Virus record (IMG/VR): IMGVR_UViG_3300024503_000485
Span: 155,445-219,444 of that record
Reading direction: 5' to 3' (one strand)
Length of the DNA: 64,000 nt
The notes below the pieces were generated by a model, which was not told the DNA's origin, did not search any database, and worked only from the letters and a program-made list of their open reading frames with translations. Positions 47,526-55,163 of this stretch are shown here, piece after piece (within the stretch, counting starts at the first letter, position 1; the number at the start of each line of letters is the position of its first letter). Made by a program: the position numbers and the translations under genes.

Positions 47526-48691
47526 CTCATTGCTACCTGGAAAGCCTGATGCTTTTCTTTTCTAGAGTCTAAATGTTTAAGCCCGGGATTGATAGTTTTA
47601 GTAACCGCTTTAGTATCTTTAAAACTATCAATTTTTGGTGCTACTCTATTTTTCCAATACCAAACTGCTACTTTAGCAGCAATTTCTGGTTTTTCTACAA
47701 GTTCGGGTTTTTGCTCTAACGGCAATCCTAATGCTTGGCCTGCTTTCTTATAATTGTCTCGACCTGTCAGCTGTATGTATCCGCGACCTTTATATTTTGC
47801 TCCGTCTCCAACATTTTTATTACCCAATGCTTTTGCTTTTTTAGGAGCATATTTAGGATCATATTTTCGAAAGTCTAATGATCCGCCTATTTCTTTCATG
47901 TGTTTAAAATCTAAAGTTTCGTGAGCGCATTGTGCTAAAAACGCTGTAAGCTCGTGACCTACTATACCTGCTTTTTCAGCAGCCTTTTTTAAGTAGACTT
48001 CGTGGGGATTACCGGTTACGCTTTTTGCAATATCTTTTTTAGATACCTGTTGAATAACATCCGGTTTAGAATGTTTAGCATTAGCATCACTAGGAGCACC
48101 GAATGCCATTGCAGTTCCTAGTGCCCCGGCTGCTGCCCAGTCCTTCCATCCCTCGTCAACTTCTCCCTTAGCAGCAGTTTTTAATGCAGAAAAGACTTTA
48201 GATAAACTATCTTCGTCTGCTTGATACTTAATAGCAATACCGCCCGCTTGTTGCCAAGCACGAATGTTTACACCGTAATCGTCAATAAGAATATTAGGAG
48301 TACCGTCAGCATTTTTTGCATATTTGTATTTTTCGTGTTCGAATATAATTTTGTCAGCAGGAACATGAATATGTTTTTTCAGCCATTCACGTTTACCTCT
48401 AATGCTTCCTTCTTTATCAAAGTTTAATGGGCTGCTTAAAATATTATAACCACCTGCATAATCAACTACTATGCTTAAAAGTTTATTAGCAGTAGAAAAT
48501 GCCGGAAGGTCACGAAATAATTCATAGGCATTAGAGTCTTTAAAAAATGTTTCCCATTGATCTTTTGTCATTTTATTGTAGTGCTCTACATCATGTAAAC
48601 CTCCTACATGATTAAAAAGATCAGCAAGGACTCCGTCCATATCAACATAGACTTTCATTCCTTTGGGTAAACTAAACTCTTCTGCTCTCAT
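47522..48691 (-). CDS. Fusion: HAD 5'(3')-nucleotidase (NT5C-like) plus GH19 lysozyme/chitinase
   Basis: VYVDMDGVLAD, ILSSP, K, LIDD; then VDE-GWKDWAAAGALG linker; then FLAQCAHET, YKGRGYIQLTGRDNY, TINPG. Confidence 0.85.
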   Translation of the reverse strand: MRAEEFSLPKGMKVYVDMDGVLADLFNHVGGLHDVEHYNKMTKDQWETFFKDSNAYELFRDLPAFSTANKLLSIVVDYAGGYNILSSPLNFDKEGSIRGKREWLKKHIHVPADKIIFEHEKYKYAKNADGTPNILIDDYGVNIRAWQQAGGIAIKYQADEDSLSKVFSALKTAAKGEVDEGWKDWAAAGALGTAMAFGAPSDANAKHSKPDVIQQVSKKDIAKSVTGNPHEVYLKKAAEKAGIVGHELTAFLAQCAHETLDFKHMKEIGGSLDFRKYDPKYAPKKAKALGNKNVGDGAKYKGRGYIQLTGRDNYKKAGQALGLPLEQKPELVEKPEIAAKVAVWYWKNRVAPKIDSFKDTKAVTKTINPGLKHLDSRKEKHQAFQVAMR

Positions 48692-48762
48692 ACTGGACTA
48701 TATGGATTTAGAGGACGATCCCATTCGCCTTCTTGTGGTGGATAAACAGGATACTCGTTCAT
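48688..48762 (-). CDS. 24-aa Pro/Tyr-rich peptide, not in the ORF track
   Basis: [24 protein letters not shown]; exactly fills the gap with ATGA overlaps at both ends. Confidence 0.6.
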   Translation of the reverse strand: MNEYPVYPPQEGEWDRPLNPYSPV

Positions 48763-49082
48763 ACTGCAAAACTACTTCCACAACCGCAGGTTGTTACTGC
48801 ATTAGGATTTTTGATAGTAAAACTTGATCCCATTAATTCTTCTTTATAATCTATCTCTGCACCGTGTAGATATTGCATACTCATTGCGTCAACTAATACT
48901 TTCCATGCACCGCAATCAAATTCAAAGTCATCTTCGTTTTGTTCGTCGTCAAAGGTAAAGCCGTAACTAAATCCACTACATCCGCCACCTTGTACAAAGG
49001 TACGAAGTTTTAAATTAGGGTTTCCCTCTTCAGAAAGCAAATCTTGAATTTTTATTTTTGCTGATGGTGATATTGTAATCAT
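48759..49082 (-). CDS. erpA: A-type Fe-S cluster carrier (ErpA/IscA/HesB family)
   Basis: [43 protein letters not shown]. Confidence 0.9.
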   Translation of the reverse strand: MITISPSAKIKIQDLLSEEGNPNLKLRTFVQGGGCSGFSYGFTFDDEQNEDDFEFDCGAWKVLVDAMSMQYLHGAEIDYKEELMGSSFTIKNPNAVTTCGCGSSFAV

Positions 49083-49083
49083 T

Positions 49084-49287
49084 TTATTTTCCTACAGGTT
49101 TTTCTCCGGTTAGATAAGGAAGACTGAACCATAATTGAAACCATTCCGGAGTACCTGGTTTAATATTATGTTGTTTCATAAGTTCGCCTTTTTCGTTTCC
49201 AGTAATACTTATGTTGCTGCCGTCGTAAGGTTGATAACCTTTAAATTCGGTAATACCTGCAAGACGTTTTAGTTCAGATAAATCCAT
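49084..49287 (-). CDS. Small internal-head protein candidate
   Basis: Start [14 protein letters not shown] is coupled by TAATG; [13 protein letters not shown]. Confidence 0.6.
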   Translation of the reverse strand: MDLSELKRLAGITEFKGYQPYDGSNISITGNEKGELMKQHNIKPGTPEWFQLWFSLPYLTGEKPVGK

Positions 49288-49913
49288 TATGCTGTGGCTG
49301 GTTCGCCTGTACGAGAAACTTCCCATTTCTTGCCAGTCTGTTCAGTTTTCTTACGGCACATGTCTTGCAATCTACGAAGCTGAGCCATTTCTCTGTGATC
49401 GTCTGCGTATGTTCCTTGACCAGGAAACACTTTCCATTTTTTACCGTTGATATAGATAGCAAAGTTATTTGGTGGTTCGGTGTTGCCCTCGTCCCAATCA
49501 TCTTCTCTATTTCTACGTCCAAATCCGCTTACGCTACTATCGTAATCTCTTTGATAAGCATCACGTCCAAAACCTGATTCTTTCATAGGATCCTTTCCTG
49601 CCTGTACTTTTTTATACCATGAAATTAATTCAGCATCACTAGCAAGTTCAAGATAGTTTATTTCCCAGTCCATCTTTTTAGCTAAGAATTGAATAATTTG
49701 TTGTCTTTTAGATCTATCTAATAAACCTTCTGTTACTTCTGCTGGTTTTTTATGTTTTTCATATCCTTGTTTTTGTGCCTTCTTCATATCTTTATGAGCA
49801 CCGGCACCTGAGATAACACTTTGTGCAGCATGAGCTACAGGGTTTCTAGGTTTGACATTATACACTTTTGCTCTTCGGCTTTTCTTATGTTCTAATATAT
49901 CAGATATTTTCAT
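49287..49913 (-). CDS. Modular internal-head protein candidate
   Basis: MKISDILE leader; internal VTE-G and MKE-S junctions separate short modules. Confidence 0.6.
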   Translation of the reverse strand: MKISDILEHKKSRRAKVYNVKPRNPVAHAAQSVISGAGAHKDMKKAQKQGYEKHKKPAEVTEGLLDRSKRQQIIQFLAKKMDWEINYLELASDAELISWYKKVQAGKDPMKESGFGRDAYQRDYDSSVSGFGRRNREDDWDEGNTEPPNNFAIYINGKKWKVFPGQGTYADDHREMAQLRRLQDMCRKKTEQTGKKWEVSRTGEPATA

Positions 49914-52900
49914 GATGATCTCTTTTGTTTAGGACCCTTACGAGTTTTCCATTTTTTATCAGTGGAACACCAATAGCGTCCATATCCTTCTTTTACTTCT
50001 TTCTTTTTAGGATAACCGTGTTTTATTTCTAGTTGATAACCCTGTAATCCTTGTTTATCTAAAACCTTACTAATAAATTCTTCGGCTTCTTTCGCAGAAG
50101 AAAATTTATCACCTAAATTATATTTCCTCATTTCGCCATCGATCATTACATAGGCAATAGTAATAGGTTTGACTGGTTCTTCTGCCGCCTGTGCCGGACT
50201 TGCTAATAAATTAGCAGCAGCTAAAGCTGCGCCTGCCGTTTTACTTTTCCAACCTTCTTCAACGCTATCAATCATTGGATCAATACCGCGACTTCGGATT
50301 CCACCTTTTCTTCTTACTTTAGCAAGTTCTTCTAAGGCATGACGAATTTGTTCTACATTCATTTTAAGTTCGTCAAATTGTTTGGCCATGTTTTGCCATT
50401 CGTATGGACTAGCATTGTCTACTCTGCTAGCAAGATCTTTAATTTGTCCAGCTGCTCTCATCATTCTATATTTTAACTTCGCTGGGTTGGCTTTGTCATG
50501 GCTATGAATCATAGGATTCATTGGTTCGGAAGGATCCATTTCAATCGGTGCTTCAGATATGCTTTCTTGAATACCCATGCCCTTGCGTGTGAAATCCATT
50601 AATTTCATAATCCAATCTTTCCCTAATTTTTGAACATCAAAACCTTGAGACCATAATGCAAATTGCTGTTCTGGAGTAGCATTAGGATCTTTTAAAATGT
50701 TACGTAATTTAGTAAAACTCATTCCAGTTCCGCCAGTTTCGGCAGCTCTTGGTGTAACTTCTACATCAAATTTAACATGTTCAAATCCTGGATATTTAGG
50801 ATTCTTCATCCTTTTAGATAAATGCTCCATCCATTTTTTAAATCCTTCATATCGATCTTCGCCAACCATAACAATGATATGATCGTATGGAGGAGGATTA
50901 CTTGATGTTACTAATTCTTTTTCAATTTTTTTCATAACTAATCCACCTTCTTGGATCAGCTGGAACATGGCCTTCTTTTCTGGATATAATTTTTGCCATG
51001 TTTGTAATTTAACAGAAGCTGGAATAGGATCGTCTGGTCCCACGGCACTACTAATATAAACATAAGGATCAGCATTTAACTGAGACGCTTTGTTTAAAAC
51101 AAAATCTACAAGTTGTTGATGTCCAATGTGCCCAACAAAACTTCCTGCGGTAACGACAGCAGTTTTGCCCGATCTTCCATCGCCTGTTGCTCCAGGAGGT
51201 CTTGCAGATTTAATTGCTGCGTTTTTTGCAGAAATAATATCTTTTTGTTCTTGACTAGTAATTTTAACAGGACCATTCTTTGTGTTAAGAATAATGCCTT
51301 CATAATCTTTGCCTAACTTATCCTTTCCTATAATATCTGGATGTTGGATGATAAATTTTGCTAGATATTCTTTGACAGGCTGCAATGCTTCGGTAGCTTC
51401 TTTTTTAAGATCTCTTTTACCGCTATTAACTAACGATCGTAATGTTTCAAGATTTTCAATGGGAGGCAATGCCCCAGTTACATCTAAACTGCCGTTAGTA
51501 GTTAACGAGTTGTCAATGAACATTGTTGTTCCAATGCGACCAATTTTTCTCAATGCAGAGATGTATTTGTCGCTATTTGGATGTTGTTCGCCAGTTGAGC
51601 TTTTTTCAGCAAACAATGGCACAAGTGCTAGAGTAACACCTTCGGGCAACTTGTCATAATGTATGCCAACAAATTTTAATTTACCATCTTCTGTTTCAGT
51701 AGCAAATGGTAGATATAAAACTTCACAATGAATTTTTACATCATTGAGAGCGGTATTACCTAATTTTTGATCAACGTTAGCAATGACATGCATCATCTCG
51801 TCGTATAGATCATCAAATAACTTAGCCCTAGCTTTTACATCTGGAGCGGCTTGTCTTTCTTCAGCATGTTTGCTGAATGTACCAGGTTCAAACTTAGGAC
51901 CACTACGACTAGTTTCCATATATGGTTTGCCAGATTTATCTTTACCAAACCTAGCACCAAACCCGTCTACTTTAACGGTCATTGGAACATTGTGTAATTC
52001 AAATTTTCCTGTTGCTGAATTTTTTAATTCGTCTAATAAATTTAAAAAATCAGAATCCTTCATTTTTTCTAAATGAACAATTCCTTTTCTTTTACTTTGT
52101 ACTACTTCGGCTTCGTTAATACTTTCGGATACTTTGTAACTTGCTTTATAATCTTGACGCATTTGTTCAAGATTTTTATGAGGTGTAACGTTTAAAGTTT
52201 TTAATGCATAGTTAAGTGCTGTATTTTTTTCTAAGATATCTCTTTCAGGATCGCCTTTATATAATCCTTGTGCGCCAGGAGCATATAGCTTATCAATAAA
52301 TGCATCAATGACTTTTTCCTTTTCATCCTGAGGAACAACAAGATTCATAATTTCTAATAATCCTGTAAAACTCCATGTCTTAGGAAGAAGTTTTTGTATT
52401 TCTGTTTCTTTAACTCTTTTACCAAATATGTTTTGGAAAATTTTTCCAATATTCTTTTCGTAACCACTTGCTGGCAACGCCCTCATAACAGGAAGACCGT
52501 CAATTTCTAAAGGCTGTCCGGCATCGTCTAATACTGGTTCATATTTAGGACGAAGGCCTCCGCCTTCTTTGCTACTAACAGCAAAAGAAAACATATTGTC
52601 TGTTGTTGGAACATCTTGTTCAACTCTAGCTTTACCTCGGCCAACCATTTTTCTTAATAAAAAATCTTGGCTTGTTAATCGTGTAAATGATTGAATTAGA
52701 TACTTGTGAAATACACCTTTGATACCTTGGCTTAAATCTTCCCAGCTACTGCTATGACTAAATCCTGCCCAATCAGTGGGTTCGTCTTTTTCATAATCTA
52801 CAAATTCAAGATCAATCTGTACCTTAATAGGAGGATCAGTTAACTCCCACATTGTACTATATTGTTCGTTGCCTTTACTAAATCCAATTAATTTTCCATT

Positions 52901-53311
52901 GCCAACAACTTTACCTGTTGAGGATTGTAAAAATTGAACAAGTTCTCCTGCATATTCTTTATTAATTTGTGTATCTATATCGCCAACTTTAGGTTTAATA
53001 CGTTCAAACTCGTCGTCGGGTAAGTCAGTATTAAAAAAATGTAAACTAGATCCGCTTAAGAATTTTTTACTTGCTAAAACTTTTTTATTCCAAAGTTCGT
53101 GACCAACTGATGCAGTAAAACTAGAATTAATTCCGTTTAATAATTTGTCTAATATTGGAACAATATAAGAACGCTTGTGAACTTTAAGATCAATTTGCTG
53201 AGCTTGATGGTCACCGGTATCTCCTTGCCAGCCAGGGCTTTGAGTCGAAAGGTTTCCACCTTCTATAAGAGGTAAATTATTTCTCTTGTAGAATAATTCT
53301 AAAAGTTTCAT
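49910..53311 (-). CDS. 1133-aa multidomain protein: Pol-beta-type nucleotidyltransferase, ligase-like KxDG domain, HxGH cytidyltransferase-like domain and small C-terminal modules
   Basis: GSS..GDID..QID; TVKVDG..EGIIL..PVK; GSFVGHIGH; junctions at LIE-G, INE-A, ISE-A, VEE-G, VKE-G. Confidence 0.7.
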   Translation of the reverse strand: MKLLELFYKRNNLPLIEGGNLSTQSPGWQGDTGDHQAQQIDLKVHKRSYIVPILDKLLNGINSSFTASVGHELWNKKVLASKKFLSGSSLHFFNTDLPDDEFERIKPKVGDIDTQINKEYAGELVQFLQSSTGKVVGNGKLIGFSKGNEQYSTMWELTDPPIKVQIDLEFVDYEKDEPTDWAGFSHSSSWEDLSQGIKGVFHKYLIQSFTRLTSQDFLLRKMVGRGKARVEQDVPTTDNMFSFAVSSKEGGGLRPKYEPVLDDAGQPLEIDGLPVMRALPASGYEKNIGKIFQNIFGKRVKETEIQKLLPKTWSFTGLLEIMNLVVPQDEKEKVIDAFIDKLYAPGAQGLYKGDPERDILEKNTALNYALKTLNVTPHKNLEQMRQDYKASYKVSESINEAEVVQSKRKGIVHLEKMKDSDFLNLLDELKNSATGKFELHNVPMTVKVDGFGARFGKDKSGKPYMETSRSGPKFEPGTFSKHAEERQAAPDVKARAKLFDDLYDEMMHVIANVDQKLGNTALNDVKIHCEVLYLPFATETEDGKLKFVGIHYDKLPEGVTLALVPLFAEKSSTGEQHPNSDKYISALRKIGRIGTTMFIDNSLTTNGSLDVTGALPPIENLETLRSLVNSGKRDLKKEATEALQPVKEYLAKFIIQHPDIIGKDKLGKDYEGIILNTKNGPVKITSQEQKDIISAKNAAIKSARPPGATGDGRSGKTAVVTAGSFVGHIGHQQLVDFVLNKASQLNADPYVYISSAVGPDDPIPASVKLQTWQKLYPEKKAMFQLIQEGGLVMKKIEKELVTSSNPPPYDHIIVMVGEDRYEGFKKWMEHLSKRMKNPKYPGFEHVKFDVEVTPRAAETGGTGMSFTKLRNILKDPNATPEQQFALWSQGFDVQKLGKDWIMKLMDFTRKGMGIQESISEAPIEMDPSEPMNPMIHSHDKANPAKLKYRMMRAAGQIKDLASRVDNASPYEWQNMAKQFDELKMNVEQIRHALEELAKVRRKGGIRSRGIDPMIDSVEEGWKSKTAGAALAAANLLASPAQAAEEPVKPITIAYVMIDGEMRKYNLGDKFSSAKEAEEFISKVLDKQGLQGYQLEIKHGYPKKKEVKEGYGRYWCSTDKKWKTRKGPKQKRSS

Positions 53312-53658
53312 TAGTCTTCCTGTTTATAGTCGCCGTTCTCGATATGCTTTTCTTGTTCAGTAGCAATCATTTTTGCTAGTTCAACAATTTTGCTTTCAGG
53401 AAACTTTTCATTGGCATCTTCAATATCAAACATTTCACAATAATTTTCTAAACAACTTCTTAAAGGTTTAATGTAAATTGTGAAAGCCTTTGGATGTCCT
53501 GCATGTTTTTCGTGGCGCTTTACCGCAGGAAAGAAATATTTTGTTAATAATTCTGTATTATTATCAATATAAAATTTTAAATCGTCAATCCAATCAATGT
53601 CAGCTTGCTCGTCATCTTTTGGAGCTCCTATAGCCGACCACATTTCTTTTAATAACAT
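53311..53658 (-). CDS. Hypothetical protein (MLLKE leader)
   Basis: 115-aa ORF coupled by TAATG overlaps. Confidence 0.6.
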   Translation of the reverse strand: MLLKEMWSAIGAPKDDEQADIDWIDDLKFYIDNNTELLTKYFFPAVKRHEKHAGHPKAFTIYIKPLRSCLENYCEMFDIEDANEKFPESKIVELAKMIATEQEKHIENGDYKQED

Positions 53659-54059
53659 TATTTCTGCTCCGGTGGATTATATTCTACATGCTCTGCGGCA
53701 GAATTTAAATGATCATTGGCAAGGGTAATATAACTACTAACCCATCCTGGTAATTCATCACCTTCTCGGATACTATTAAAAAGAATCTTGGCGTTTTTTG
53801 CAATTTGAACTAATTCTGCTTTAGCCATGCTTGCTTCGTGATCTGTGGATTCTCTTATCCCTTTAGATCTAGCTTCTTTTTCTAAGTCTAATTTACGTTG
53901 CTGTACTGCTTTTGCAAGATCAGGCTCTTTCATAACAACAGGATCAGTTTCAAGATCGTGTAGGGCCTTCTTTTTAGCTTCGTAATCACCCTTAGGGTCT
54001 GCTGAATTTAATTCTGTTTCAAATAAAGAAACTTCAAGTTTAGTGATAATATCTTTCAT
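53658..54059 (-). CDS. Internal-head protein candidate
   Basis: Likely start MKDIITKLEVSLFE; IRE-S junction before DHEASMAKAEL..LPGWVSSYITLA; GATAAATA at 54085-54092. Confidence 0.55.
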   Translation of the reverse strand: MKDIITKLEVSLFETELNSADPKGDYEAKKKALHDLETDPVVMKEPDLAKAVQQRKLDLEKEARSKGIRESTDHEASMAKAELVQIAKNAKILFNSIREGDELPGWVSSYITLANDHLNSAAEHVEYNPPEQK

Positions 54060-54084
54060 AGTATGGTTCCGTAAGGACATACTA

Positions 54085-54092
54085 TATTTATC
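54085..54092 (-). promoter_or_regulatory. Late promoter candidate (GATAAATA) heading the 54059-46222 cluster
   Basis: Intergenic TAAATA core. Confidence 0.6.
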
Positions 54093-54104
54093 TTATTTTA
54101 AATG

Positions 54105-54473
54105 TTAGAAGTTATAGTGAATTGACTGGATAGTACCGTCTTCTAATACGTGACCGGCACGAATCCAGACGAAATTACCAGTAAAATTAACGCTTTGAGA
54201 CACTACAGGGTTATCTGGATTTGTAATTAGCGTACTATCGTCGCCTAATGTAGTTCCATCAATGTCAAACCAATCTGATTCGCTAGGATCTAATGCTAAA
54301 GACCCTTGCAATTTAATAGTTCCAACAAACGAATCAACTCTATAAACTGCTGTATGCAGCGAATTATTTAGGCTATGATACCCAGCACCGATACCCTTTT
54401 CAGTATATGTAAAATCTGGAGTTGCCGATTCAGTTGAATAATTTTCTAGTAAAACAATGATTTCAGTGGACAT
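54105..54473 (-). CDS. Hypothetical beta-rich (probably virion) protein
   Basis: FVGTIKLQGSL..WFDI..NFTGNFVWIRA; GCTAAATA just upstream. Confidence 0.55.
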   Translation of the reverse strand: MSTEIIVLLENYSTESATPDFTYTEKGIGAGYHSLNNSLHTAVYRVDSFVGTIKLQGSLALDPSESDWFDIDGTTLGDDSTLITNPDNPVVSQSVNFTGNFVWIRAGHVLEDGTIQSIHYNF

Positions 54474-54476
54474 CTC

Positions 54477-55163
54477 TTATTTAGCTAAAATTTGATAGTC
54501 GTAAACCCTACCCACAACTTCACCATTTCGCAATTGCATCATGAATAGAGTTTTTTCGTCCTCTACAAGTACGTATCGACGGTCCCAATTATAATCGGTC
54601 TTTATAAACCAACTTTTAACTGCGGTTGACATTCGTATCTTTTCCCCTTGAGTTTCAATCCAAGAAACAAAACTTTCTTTTGCTTCTTTATTTCCTTTTA
54701 ACTTATGGGGAAGAAGATATACTTTGTAGTTATATCTATTATGAGGTAATTTTTTAGCAAAAATCGAATTTGAATTTGTTTGTTCTTGTTCTTGCCCAGG
54801 AAATGGTTCAAATACATGTCTTACATAATCTTTAAATTCTAAAGCAAGATTTTTACAAAATGTAGCATCGTTAGTGTATATGTCGATATATCTACTTTCA
54901 ATTCTTTTAGTAAATTCAACATTTTTATTTTTTTCTAAAAATGTAACTAGTTCTAAGATTTGATCTTTGTTACTAAATGCTTGTTTTCTGCTGTCAAAAT
55001 AATAATGTCGATCTTGTTCTTCTGGGTTTAAACAGAATTCTCTAATCTCATCATATGTTTTTGTGCGTAACAAAGATACCCCCTTGATCAAGACGGTAAC
55101 TTTGTATAACCACTTATTGTAAAACTTTTGACCTGTATACTTTACATCATACGGTTTCTTCAT
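54477..55163 (-). CDS. Hypothetical protein
   Basis: 228-aa ORF, GGAGG RBS. Confidence 0.65.
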   Translation of the reverse strand: MKKPYDVKYTGQKFYNKWLYKVTVLIKGVSLLRTKTYDEIREFCLNPEEQDRHYYFDSRKQAFSNKDQILELVTFLEKNKNVEFTKRIESRYIDIYTNDATFCKNLALEFKDYVRHVFEPFPGQEQEQTNSNSIFAKKLPHNRYNYKVYLLPHKLKGNKEAKESFVSWIETQGEKIRMSTAVKSWFIKTDYNWDRRYVLVEDEKTLFMMQLRNGEVVGRVYDYQILAK

